This document shows, one piece after another, positions 39,649-49,784 of a stretch of 64,000 nucleotides of DNA. A program made the translations under genes and the position numbers. The DNA is taken from contig CAXXFK010000011.1 in the NCBI GenBank assembly GCA_963663965.2, positions 160,001-224,000 of the forward strand. Reading direction: 5' to 3'. How positions within the stretch are numbered: the first letter of the stretch is position 1; each line of letters starts with the position of its first letter. The notes below the pieces were generated by a model that saw nothing but the letters and a program-made list of their open reading frames with translations, ran no database searches and had not been told where the DNA came from. Source of the stretch: Sedimentisphaerales bacterium (GTDB taxonomy: Bacteria; Planctomycetota; Phycisphaerae; Sedimentisphaerales; SM23-30).

Positions 39649-42600
39649 TTAGATAATTCCAGCCCAGCTTGTCTGACCCAGATCAATCGTCGTTTTTCCG
39701 GCCAGAATCCGATCAATTTCAGTATGAGCGGCGATAGCCAGATTATTGCTGGTATTCACCGATCCAAGTTTTACCGTACCGATTGATCCTGTTCGGGTAT
39801 ACAGTGGGTCTGAACCGCTTAATACGTAGAAATTACCGGCTGCGTTTGGCATGACACCGGCAGTTATATAACTTCCCGAGTACAACCCTTTAATGGTTAC
39901 GCTCGAAATCTCGCCGCCGGCCACCAGCGACAGATCATCATCACCGCCGCCCAACATGCCATTACTGCCCAGATCCAGGCCGCTGGCGCCAAATCCCGCC
40001 AGTAAATGCGAATCGATCATATCGCCAGACAACGCGACCTTCTTGATCACACCTTCCGCGCTGATAATGGCGTTTTCCAGGCTGTCAGCCTTAAACGATT
40101 TTATGGAATCGCCGGCGATAACGCCACTGAAATCGGCTTTCGGAGCGGATACCGACCCAATCGCGCCATCAACATAGATCGCGCCGGAGAACATCGTGCC
40201 GCCAACCTTGAATGAACCTAATTCTCCGTCCAGGGTCGCGTCGGCCAGCCAGTTTCCATTTGACTTGATCGTGCCAACCTGATCACTCGTTAACGAGCCA
40301 TCGCCCATCGACGCGACAGACAGACTCTTAATAATGCCATTCACGGTTAGGTCCGTATTGTCACCGATATGACCGGCAGAAATCGCAATCCCCTTACTGC
40401 CGGTTTGAGCAATGGCAATATCCGCGCCATCGACAACATGATTCAGCTTCAGAGATCCGGCCAGCATATCCAGGTCAATAGCATAGGTATAATCCTCTAC
40501 GCCATTATTATCCAGGTCACCATCAAGCGTGACATTCTTTAAGGTAAGATTCTTTAAGGCAGTACCGGTAATATTGCCAATGGCAGCACTGCCTCCTTTA
40601 GCTGATACACTCAAGCTCGATCGGGTGGTTGTGCCGCTCAATACAATTTGATCGATATTGTTATTGGTGTCACGGAAGATGCTCGCAGTGCCGCCGCCGG
40701 TGAGTTTCACGGTGATCGTATCGCCGTTGTCGTTCAGCCAGACTGAACTGCTGCTGCCGGTATCACCGCCTACCTCGGCGCCGATCACGGTTCGCGCCAA
40801 CAGACTAACGCTGGTTGTGGCGTCCGCCTGGGTGACTGGGTCAATGGTGGTAATCGTAATGGTGTTATTCGTCGATTCAAACATCGGGACTAACGCGATA
40901 AAGGTCACGTCAACATCATAGTACTGTCCGGGCAATAACACAATATCATCCGTATCGTCATCAATATTAACCGTCTCAACAATAAAGAGCGATGACGATG
41001 AAGCAAACGCCTTTATGACGAGGTTGTCTCCCAGATCGTTGGTAATCCGGAATGTTTCGGTTTTGCGTTCTTTGACAGTACTGCTCCGATAAACCAGCGT
41101 GCCAAAATCGAGCGTCGAGGGCGTTACATTGACGGATCCGGGTTCTACCCCGCTGCCGCTTAAAGCAATCACTACCAGAGCGGCATTGGGATCATCCGTT
41201 TCGATAACCAGCGTTCCGGAGAAACTGTCCACCGAGGTCGGTGCGAAAGTCACGGGAATATTCAACGATTCACCGGCCCCTAAAGCCAGATCGCTCCCGC
41301 CAAAGGCTTCCGCCGTAAAGACCGGATCCGTGGCGCCTGACAGGTACCAGTTGGTAATGTTCAATGCCGTATCACCATTGTTGGTTAACGTAACATAATG
41401 CTCATCATTCGTCGCGCCGATAGCCAGATTGCCATAATCCAGGGTGCGGTCGGCGCTGTCGTGTAATGAATCAGTAACTTCTATCTGCTGATTGGTTCCC
41501 GAGGCGATAATCGGTAAGCGGACAGACCTCGATTTGCCGTCCTGATCAAGATAATATATGTATAATTGAGAATTGAGCGCTCCGGAAGTCTGGGGCGTGA
41601 ACGTCACGGAAATAGTTTGAGATCCGGTCAAAGCCGATATGACAAAATTATCGCCGTCGGTATTGATCAAATTCTGAGGATCGGTTTGATAAGAAGTCGG
41701 ATAAGAACCAAAAGCAAAATGCGTGATCGTGGTATTCAGTCCGCCGACATTGGTTAAATCGAAACTCAGAATCGAATTCTGTCCGACATATACGGATCCG
41801 AAATCCAGGCGATCCAGTGCCTCGCCGCTATCGACATCTTTCAATTCAATCCGCGGCAAATTGGGCACTCCCAATCCAACCAGCGCTACGGTGATTAACT
41901 GCTCATCATCAGCCGCGGTATCGCTGATAATCTGGAAGGCGGCTTCCAACTCATAAAAATCTTCCGGATCAGCCGTAATGACGGGAGTAAAGCGGATATC
42001 AAAATCATACGTGTCGCCCGGAGCGATCACCACATCTTTAATGACCCCCGGATCGAACTGGATGGATGGATCCTGATCGGATTGCACGATCTGGATAATC
42101 GTTAACGGGGTGCTTCCGGTGTTTTTAAGGGTCACCGTAAGATCTTTGAAGGATCCCTTTCTGACACTGCCAAAATCGATGGTCCCATCCATATTCGGAA
42201 TTAACACCGTGTTTTCATAAATCTCGATATCCGAACCGGAGATACCCGATCCGGTCAACCGGACCGGCACATAGGATTCATCCGTATCGCTGGAATGAAT
42301 AATGAAAGTGCCTTCATACGCTTGCACTTCATCGGGATCGAACAGGATCTCAAACGTCAGGCTATAGCCGTTCGGCAAGGTGACATCATCGTCCGTGCCC
42401 GTCTGATTGACTAAATCGACGGCCTGGGTCTGCAAGGCGCCGTCATTGTCGCGCCAGGAAATATAGGCCGAGGTAATTTCAAAGACATCGGTATCGAATA
42501 ACCATTCATAAATATCCAGATCGTCGGTTCCGATGTTTTGCAAAACCAGTTTTTCCGGCCCCGTGCCGCCTGCGCCGATCACCGCGTCGTCAAAAAGAAT

Positions 42601-45600
42601 CCACTGCGCGTATTTGCGGCCGCTCTTCTGCAGCTCTATCTCTGCGTCGGATTCAATTTCCATTCTCACACTAATCTCATCGTATAATTCAAATGGATGG
42701 GATAAATGATTGTAGTCATTCGACTGGATCAGGACAATCCCATCATACTTCCCGACAGGAACACCCAACGGGTCGAACTGCAGATAAAATGCCTGATCCT
42801 CTCCGGCTTCCAGTGTCAGGGGAAATGTCGGAGTCCCCACCAACTCAACGGAATCCAACGGCATCGCATCGCCAAAACCGCCAATTTCTATACCGTAAAT
42901 GACCAGGTCTCCCGGACCATTGTTAGCCACGGTAAAACTCTGCACCTGATTGCCGTCAGCAGTATTCAGAATGCCAAAATCCAGCACGTCGTCATCGACC
43001 TGAACCGAAGGCTCGATTACCAGCATCGCAGGCAATTCCGCGTCAGGACGGAACTCGCGTATGGCGTAAGATCCAATCCCCGAAAAATAAGAGACGATCG
43101 GATCGCCATCGGCAGTGACAATGATGTCGTTATTCAATATGACGCCCCACAAAACCTCGTTTTGCAGGCTGTCACTGACCCCCAGAACGCCCCAGGTGTT
43201 GGCGCCTTCATAAATCATACCGCCGCCGTCCATAAAGTTGCCGCTATCTGACCGCATACTATAGGTGACAACAGGGATCAAACCCGGCGTACTCACCATG
43301 CTGATATGGGTATAGGCGTTTATGTTATCTACGGTCCTCGGGGCAAAAACGGCATCTTCCCAGTAACCGCTCGATAACGTTAATGGATTCCAGCGATAAA
43401 CGACGATATCCAGGTCTGTCCCGGGATTGCCCGCATTCCAGTAGTCCGGAGGATTTTGCACGGAATAGGGGTGTAAGTCAAAATAATCGACAATATTGTC
43501 ATCATCCACATCAACCGGATCGCCGCCGATATGTTGCGTCGCTAACCACAAATATTGCTTGGGACCGACGGAAAGATCGTGCAGCACATACATATTCTCT
43601 CCGGTGGGCATGCTGGTGGTATAACTATGACCTCCATCCCGTCCATTAATTCCCGAAAAATCGGCCGCGCTATTTGACGACATCTTATTGCCATAATTGG
43701 TCCATTCATTCGACTCCAACCGATAAACGTTAATCGCATAGTGAGCCTCATCGTAACCATCTATAGGCATTAATGAACTATCCAGGATAAACGCGACATC
43801 CGTCGCGGTGTTGCCCGAATAATATAAAGGCAGATTAACGGTTTCATTGGACACGCCGACAACGAAGTCACGGGTGCCGCCCTGGCCGGTGGGCGCCAGA
43901 AATGCAATGGGCTTATAGGCGTCCGAGGCCTCCGTGGTGACAACACACATATTGTCCATCCACAAATCGCCGCCACCCGTCGCGTTTACCAGCCGGTATT
44001 CAATGTCATAGGTTCCAGCCGGCACGGATCCGACTTTCCAGGCGCCGTAGGTGTATCGATAAGTATTGCTGGACGCGATATAATAATACCAGTCTTGACT
44101 GCTGGCATCATCAATCGTTTCCTGTTGCACGAATACATATTCTTCCAGCGTATCCTGATTCACTGCGACAATCTGGATGGTGCTGGTGCCGTTATCGGCG
44201 GTCATACGATACCGGAATTTCGTCCACATATCGCCGTAACCATTCTGCGCAACATCCTGCACGACGTAAGAATGAGCGCCTGCCGCCGCCAGATCGATAT
44301 GGATGTTGGCCTGAAAATCATCGATGATCTCCAGATTTACCGGAGCCCTGTCATTTCCAACACTGTTATTGCTGCCATTATTACCGTGGGCGGAATAAAA
44401 TTCCCAGTCAGTATAACCATCCACGGCATCGACGGTAATGGTGTCGATCCGTACGCTTGCGGTCGAGTCGTCGTTTGCGGATTTCTCATAAATCACAAAA
44501 TAATCCAGCCAGACTTCCGCTTCATCCAGACCGGCATTGGTGGTATTGCTTAATTTCGCTTCAACAAATATCGTATAGGTGACGCCGGCATTTAACGATG
44601 TCAATGCGTCGCTGGTATCGATAACGGCTCTCTTCCAATCTCCGGTTTGCGCGCCGGCTTCGATGATCCCGCTCGAAATCGTACCGGCCAGTTCGCCAAT
44701 CTCAGCGATCCCATTGCCGTTCAAATCAACATAGATATTCATGTCCAGCGCTTCTATACCACTCAAATCCGTATCGGCGCCGGTCAGCATTTTATATTTG
44801 AATTCGATGGCCAGATCGTCATTTTGCGTCACGGTATAGGGCATGCTCATAAATGCGCTGATGTCCTGTAAGCCGCCTAAGCCGCCATCACCCAGATGCA
44901 TGATCATCATCGTAATGGGATTGTCCGGGGTAATAGGATTAGCCGGATCCGTATCATCCAGAAACGACACCGAAGAATTCGCTTCAACCTTGTCCCACAG
45001 TTCCCAGTCGAACAGGGCCGGATCGGTAAGCGGATCAACATTGAATCCGGTTTCATAGGTGGTGTAATTCCCGGCGCGACTCAACGTGGCGTCGACCACC
45101 ACCGCATAATTCCCCGCGTTGAACCGGTTGCCACTGTTCGTAAATAACATTTTTCCGAACGATTCCAGATCACGCCAGGCCGCATCATCACCCCCCTGGG
45201 TCAGGGTATAAGTATAAACATCGGACATGGGCTGGGTCAGATCGGTTTGCGCCGCAATATAAAAATCCAGTTCCAGGTACTCGTTCAGGGGTATCTCTGT
45301 TCCCAAATCGATAAAGTAATCCAGGTTAACTTCCAGATACCCATTCTGCGTGGTCGTAAAGGGATAGGCAAACTTGCCGCTGATATCATCAAATTGGGTT
45401 AAACCATCTCCCAGGGTCATGACCACCGCGCCATCGCCGGCCAGGCCGGTTACGCCAACATTATTGACCCAGGCCGCCTGAGCCAGGCCCGTGGTATCGT
45501 CATCCAGGGTAGTGGTGGTATCCTCATCGAGTGCATCATTATTGTCGACATAAATCCACCCACCCGGGTCTGCGCCATTGAACGTCACATCCACCGCATT

Positions 45601-48600
45601 TTCCGCATCTTCCGATTGCGAGGCGATACGTTGATAAATGGCCACATTATCCACATTGACCGTTGCCGTCTGCAAACCGACAATCGATATATCATCAAAA
45701 TAAACCTGGGCGTCAATATCACCGCCCAGAATCGCTCCTATTTGCAGCACATGCCGGCCGCCATCCATAATGGCATTATAGACCGCGGCGTTATTATCCG
45801 GATCCACAGTAATGGTTACGTTCTCCCAACCGGAATCCTCAATATCGGTCTGGGCGTCTACGGGAGTATCCATCGCCCCGCCACCTTCAACCAGGGCTAT
45901 CCCGTCTATCCCCGCAAACAGCGTAACTGCGGCTTCGACTCCTTCTGGCAATGCCCCGGTAACAATGCGATACCGGAAATTAATCTCTATCGGACCACCC
46001 AGGGTAAAATCATGGGCAAAGGAATCCCCAGTAATTCCCAGAACCGGATCGCCGCTGGTGAAATTGAGCTGTAATAAACTCTCTGTTTCTTGATCCCCGG
46101 TATCCGGATCGATAAATGTCTCGGTATTCCAACCGCCATAAGGCTGAACGGTAGGATCGGGATTGCCCGGTTCCACATAGGCGGAGGTATTGACATGAAC
46201 CCAGTCTTCATCGTCATTATCGAATTCAAAAATAAAATCCCGGCCGGTCTGGCGAACGACGGCCCGCAATTCCAGATTGTAATCGCCCGCAATAAATGAA
46301 CTCCAACCCAACGCCTTGGTGTCAAGGCTAACGGTTTCACTGGTGCCGTATCCCTGGCCGGTAAATCCTGCCGCTACCGAATCGATCAGCGCCGATCCCA
46401 GCAAAGCATTATTGGTATTATCTTGATTGACACTATAGATATCCAGATATAAATCGACATCGGCATTGGCCACCGTCACAGCATCCATCTGATACATCAG
46501 CTCAATGACCGCATCGCCCTCGTTTTGCAGCGAAAATTGATAGCCAAACACACCCTGAATATTCACCAAAGCATCCGGGGGCGGCAAATCGTTGGGATCT
46601 TCCGCATCGGTATTGGGTTCAACGGGCAGTCCCGAGGGTACCAGAAAAGTGAATCCCATCCCGTCATCGTATATTTCATTATTCGTTAACTGTAGATAAC
46701 CGGCGGCGCCCCCCACATTAAAATTGCCAAATGGATCACCCAGATCGGTGGTATTCCACTCCACCAGATCCGGCATATCGAAATCCGGATCCTGTCCCTG
46801 GATCGCATACATGGCGTCGTAATTGGTATCATCCCATCCCCACCATTGACCCCAGTCACCGCCATGGATATGATTGCCGCCCTGATCCACTTCGCCATCG
46901 CCCAGATCGCCAAATGCGTCCCAGTCGAACCCATCAAAATTCGCGTAATACTTTAAACTCAGTTCGCCGCTCATCGGCAACATGCCATCATCGCCCGCAT
47001 CGATCCAGGATTGCCCATCCCAGATCTGGGTGACAACATAATCGTTATCCTCTCCATCCCGACTGATATAGGCCAGCAGGATCGACCCGTTGGGACCGGC
47101 CTGCACCGATATGCCATAATTGGTCTGATATGGGAAACCATCAGCGCCTATGTACATCGTGCCATACATATTGCCAATGGGAGCCGCCGCGGCGTCAGTA
47201 TGCGCTTCGCCATTACCGGATACCCCGTCCCAGACCTTGGTCCAGCCGCCCCCGGCAAATTTATAAACATACGGCAATCCGGTCGTGTCATCCAGAAACG
47301 CCAACAAGGGCGTTCCGGTCACGCCGAATTCGATTTCGGGCTCGCCTTTTAAATCGAATATCTGCCCGAAATTGACCGTATCCACGCTATCGGTCCAGGT
47401 TCCCGTATTACGATTGAATAAATAAACATGACTGTCATTGTTCTGCGTGGCCGTGGGAACGGCAATCATGACATCTTCTTCGGCATTGCTGGAAAAATCC
47501 ACCATCGCCATTTTGGATTCTATGCCAGGCGGCAAAACCGAGGCGTTCGGCCATTGGCCAAACACATCATTGCCGTTGCTGGTGGCGCCCCGTCCGAACT
47601 CGTCCCAGGTGTTATTGGCCGGATCGGCATCCGGCGCCCAGTTCGCGACAAAAATTTCGTTTTCTCCATCTTCGCCACTGAAATCGGAGGTATAAGCGAC
47701 GATCATCTCACCGTCGGGCGTAATCACGCTATCCGGCATCCAGGCCCGTTCGCCGGCGGCATTCACGGTACCCCGAATCACCGTTCGCTGAGAGGCGTTC
47801 AACCAGGTGTTGTCGGGATCATAAAGCAGCTTGAATTCGCCATTCTGGTAATAACTCGCGTAAACACTGATCTGGCCGGTTATCCTGGGTTCATAAGGAA
47901 TCGTCGGATCGTTCTCCAACTCTGGACTGGTATCGGGGATAACCGGACCTTCATCGGGATTCAAACCCTGCCAGACAATAAACGGGTTCCCCTGACTATT
48001 CAGTTGTAACTCAGGGGTAAAATACCAACCCAGACCCGGCGCTACTCCGCCATCATCTAAAACCGTCAAGTCAGAATCTTGCGCAATACCGGCGCCTGTG
48101 GTGGCGATCGTATTAATTCCGGCGTCCTGTAGATCATAGGCCTCCCATACATCGCTGTTCGGCCGGCGCAATGTTTTAACGTAAATCCCGGCTTGCCCAT
48201 CCGTTGAGAAGTTCTCCCAGTTATTCCAGTTAACCCAGGTAACCACGATTTCACCCTCAGCCGTAATGGCGATATCCGGCTGAACCGACATGGTGGCATC
48301 CACACTGATACCCGCATTGCCATCCGAATCGAAACTGGCCGAATTCTCACCCAACTCTTCCCATACACTGCCATCCCATTTCTTTAAAAATATTTCCGTG
48401 TTCGTCTGGACTACGGCATCCGACCACACCACCACCGGACGGCCATCCAGGTCAATCGCGATCGATGAATCAAAGGATTCACCGTCTGTCGCGCTCACGC
48501 CGCCATAAAGTTGAGACGCACCGCCAAACAAACCGGTGTCTTCATCAATCAGCTCAACCCAGGACCTGTCCTGCAACGTGGGCACGGTGACCGTGTCATC

Positions 48601-49266
48601 ATCATAATTAAATGCAAACTTTTTAACCACAATTTCGCGCTGATTGGTAATGGGGTGCATATCCGTATAGGACACAAACACTTCACCCGATTCAGAAATC
48701 GCGATACTGGGCTTGCCTGCGCTGAAGCTGTCGATGGTTCCCAGGGTTCCCCAAAAGGCGCCATTCCAGCTCTGGACCACTAATGCGCCATTCTGGTCAA
48801 TATAGGACAGAACAACTTCGCCATCTGGTCCGGAAGCAGCATCTAACTGCATTCCAATCCCTATGGGAATCACATCACCGCCCCCATTGGTGATATCCCA
48901 CCACCCCAGATTCTCATTGACATATTGACGAGCATAGATTTCTCCCGATTGCTGCCAGCGATAGGGGATGGGATCATTGTCGACCAGTTCCATATCGGTT
49001 TCAATATTTCCTTCCGTCCAGAATACGATCGGATCGCCATCCGCTGTTAAGGTGATTTCCGTCTCCGACGGTAACGAACCGACATTCCAGGTGATTCCAC
49101 CGCCAGAAGCACCCCGCCATCCCAGCTCTGTCCACCATCCGGATGTATCAAGGAGTACCCGGCTTTCCAGATTTTCCAATCTGAGTTGATTTGCCGAACA
49201 TGATTTGGTGGTTAATTGTGACTGCTTTTGATTCCTACGATTCTGACGGCGCAGCTTACGAAACAT
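39649..49266 (-). CDS. Giant (3205 aa) acidic exported protein with an LExRxLL leader, propeller-like N-terminus, tandem Ig-like (choice-of-anchor-D/ASH-like) domains and a C-terminal beta-helix-like module
   Basis: AAGGAG RBS; basic leader plus LRLENLESRVLL; about 6 repeats of LDFG...TLxNxG..L.I....F.P...G.L.I.SxD; C-terminal GxIxSLxV repeats. Confidence 0.9.
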   Translation of the reverse strand: MFRKLRRQNRRNQKQSQLTTKSCSANQLRLENLESRVLLDTSGWWTELGWRGASGGGITWNVGSLPSETEITLTADGDPIVFWTEGNIETDMELVDNDPIPYRWQQSGEIYARQYVNENLGWWDITNGGGDVIPIGIGMQLDAASGPDGEVVLSYIDQNGALVVQSWNGAFWGTLGTIDSFSAGKPSIAISESGEVFVSYTDMHPITNQREIVVKKFAFNYDDDTVTVPTLQDRSWVELIDEDTGLFGGASQLYGGVSATDGESFDSSIAIDLDGRPVVVWSDAVVQTNTEIFLKKWDGSVWEELGENSASFDSDGNAGISVDATMSVQPDIAITAEGEIVVTWVNWNNWENFSTDGQAGIYVKTLRRPNSDVWEAYDLQDAGINTIATTGAGIAQDSDLTVLDDGGVAPGLGWYFTPELQLNSQGNPFIVWQGLNPDEGPVIPDTSPELENDPTIPYEPRITGQISVYASYYQNGEFKLLYDPDNTWLNASQRTVIRGTVNAAGERAWMPDSVITPDGEMIVAYTSDFSGEDGENEIFVANWAPDADPANNTWDEFGRGATSNGNDVFGQWPNASVLPPGIESKMAMVDFSSNAEEDVMIAVPTATQNNDSHVYLFNRNTGTWTDSVDTVNFGQIFDLKGEPEIEFGVTGTPLLAFLDDTTGLPYVYKFAGGGWTKVWDGVSGNGEAHTDAAAAPIGNMYGTMYIGADGFPYQTNYGISVQAGPNGSILLAYISRDGEDNDYVVTQIWDGQSWIDAGDDGMLPMSGELSLKYYANFDGFDWDAFGDLGDGEVDQGGNHIHGGDWGQWWGWDDTNYDAMYAIQGQDPDFDMPDLVEWNTTDLGDPFGNFNVGGAAGYLQLTNNEIYDDGMGFTFLVPSGLPVEPNTDAEDPNDLPPPDALVNIQGVFGYQFSLQNEGDAVIELMYQMDAVTVANADVDLYLDIYSVNQDNTNNALLGSALIDSVAAGFTGQGYGTSETVSLDTKALGWSSFIAGDYNLELRAVVRQTGRDFIFEFDNDDEDWVHVNTSAYVEPGNPDPTVQPYGGWNTETFIDPDTGDQETESLLQLNFTSGDPVLGITGDSFAHDFTLGGPIEINFRYRIVTGALPEGVEAAVTLFAGIDGIALVEGGGAMDTPVDAQTDIEDSGWENVTITVDPDNNAAVYNAIMDGGRHVLQIGAILGGDIDAQVYFDDISIVGLQTATVNVDNVAIYQRIASQSEDAENAVDVTFNGADPGGWIYVDNNDALDEDTTTTLDDDTTGLAQAAWVNNVGVTGLAGDGAVVMTLGDGLTQFDDISGKFAYPFTTTQNGYLEVNLDYFIDLGTEIPLNEYLELDFYIAAQTDLTQPMSDVYTYTLTQGGDDAAWRDLESFGKMLFTNSGNRFNAGNYAVVVDATLSRAGNYTTYETGFNVDPLTDPALFDWELWDKVEANSSVSFLDDTDPANPITPDNPITMMIMHLGDGGLGGLQDISAFMSMPYTVTQNDDLAIEFKYKMLTGADTDLSGIEALDMNIYVDLNGNGIAEIGELAGTISSGIIEAGAQTGDWKRAVIDTSDALTSLNAGVTYTIFVEAKLSNTTNAGLDEAEVWLDYFVIYEKSANDDSTASVRIDTITVDAVDGYTDWEFYSAHGNNGSNNSVGNDRAPVNLEIIDDFQANIHIDLAAAGAHSYVVQDVAQNGYGDMWTKFRYRMTADNGTSTIQIVAVNQDTLEEYVFVQQETIDDASSQDWYYYIASSNTYRYTYGAWKVGSVPAGTYDIEYRLVNATGGGDLWMDNMCVVTTEASDAYKPIAFLAPTGQGGTRDFVVGVSNETVNLPLYYSGNTATDVAFILDSSLMPIDGYDEAHYAINVYRLESNEWTNYGNKMSSNSAADFSGINGRDGGHSYTTSMPTGENMYVLHDLSVGPKQYLWLATQHIGGDPVDVDDDNIVDYFDLHPYSVQNPPDYWNAGNPGTDLDIVVYRWNPLTLSSGYWEDAVFAPRTVDNINAYTHISMVSTPGLIPVVTYSMRSDSGNFMDGGGMIYEGANTWGVLGVSDSLQNEVLWGVILNNDIIVTADGDPIVSYFSGIGSYAIREFRPDAELPAMLVIEPSVQVDDDVLDFGILNTADGNQVQSFTVANNGPGDLVIYGIEIGGFGDAMPLDSVELVGTPTFPLTLEAGEDQAFYLQFDPLGVPVGKYDGIVLIQSNDYNHLSHPFELYDEISVRMEIESDAEIELQKSGRKYAQWILFDDAVIGAGGTGPEKLVLQNIGTDDLDIYEWLFDTDVFEITSAYISWRDNDGALQTQAVDLVNQTGTDDDVTLPNGYSLTFEILFDPDEVQAYEGTFIIHSSDTDESYVPVRLTGSGISGSDIEIYENTVLIPNMDGTIDFGSVRKGSFKDLTVTLKNTGSTPLTIIQIVQSDQDPSIQFDPGVIKDVVIAPGDTYDFDIRFTPVITADPEDFYELEAAFQIISDTAADDEQLITVALVGLGVPNLPRIELKDVDSGEALDRLDFGSVYVGQNSILSFDLTNVGGLNTTITHFAFGSYPTSYQTDPQNLINTDGDNFVISALTGSQTISVTFTPQTSGALNSQLYIYYLDQDGKSRSVRLPIIASGTNQQIEVTDSLHDSADRTLDYGNLAIGATNDEHYVTLTNNGDTALNITNWYLSGATDPVFTAEAFGGSDLALGAGESLNIPVTFAPTSVDSFSGTLVIETDDPNAALVVIALSGSGVEPGSVNVTPSTLDFGTLVYRSSTVKERKTETFRITNDLGDNLVIKAFASSSSLFIVETVNIDDDTDDIVLLPGQYYDVDVTFIALVPMFESTNNTITITTIDPVTQADATTSVSLLARTVIGAEVGGDTGSSSSVWLNDNGDTITVKLTGGGTASIFRDTNNNIDQIVLSGTTTRSSLSVSAKGGSAAIGNITGTALKNLTLKNVTLDGDLDNNGVEDYTYAIDLDMLAGSLKLNHVVDGADIAIAQTGSKGIAISAGHIGDNTDLTVNGIIKSLSVASMGDGSLTSDQVGTIKSNGNWLADATLDGELGSFKVGGTMFSGAIYVDGAIGSVSAPKADFSGVIAGDSIKSFKADSLENAIISAEGVIKKVALSGDMIDSHLLAGFGASGLDLGSNGMLGGGDDDLSLVAGGEISSVTIKGLYSGSYITAGVMPNAAGNFYVLSGSDPLYTRTGSIGTVKLGSVNTSNNLAIAAHTEIDRILAGKTTIDLGQTSWAGII

Positions 49267-49481
49267 GTTCTATCTCCTTGAAACCAAGTGGTTTAACGGG
49301 ATGACTCTTTGGTAATTATTCGTTTGGGCGGATAGTAAGAGGGATTCGATAACTCATGCGGATTATTAATCGGCACATAAGCGTCTCGATAAAAAGCGGG
49401 GCCTATTATGGTCGGCCCAAATACCGTTCTCTGGCTATTTCTTAGCAAAACAATGACTTATCTATTTTTAGTCAATAGTAA

Positions 49482-49510
49482 AGTGTACCTGAATGCCCAA
49501 ATATCGTCAA
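49482..49510 (-). promoter_or_regulatory. Sigma70-like promoter of the 3205-aa gene
   Basis: TTGACG-N17-TACACT on the minus strand. Confidence 0.5.
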
Positions 49511-49784
49511 GGCAAAAAGACTGCCCATTAGTGGCGTATTATTTGTCTTTTTTAGTCAGATAAACGAATTTAAATGATCTGGACTTGTTTCTATCGACAA
49601 CGTGTGTAAATAGAAACAAAGCCATCTCGTTGACAAATATGTTGTGAGTATTCAACCCCTTCATTGATCAGGATAAATATCCTATTATTTGGTTATTTTA
49701 AATCATTTTTAGATGACAAGCCTCGATGCAATCGCTATAGTATCCCCAATTGGGCCATTTCATGATTACTTACTCAGGATTATT

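Noticed and set aside
39220..39786. Short ORFs over the tRNA region
   Set aside because: They overlap two clear tRNA genes.
22560..49266. RTX/T1SS or autotransporter assignment of the giant proteins
   Set aside because: No tandem GGxGxDxL nonapeptides, no C-terminal beta-barrel signature and no adjacent transporter genes.
49520..49784. Glycine riboswitch ahead of gcvT
   Set aside because: No GGAGA..CCGAAG..CTCAGG tandem aptamer; a promoter-like site lies only about 45 nt before the start.
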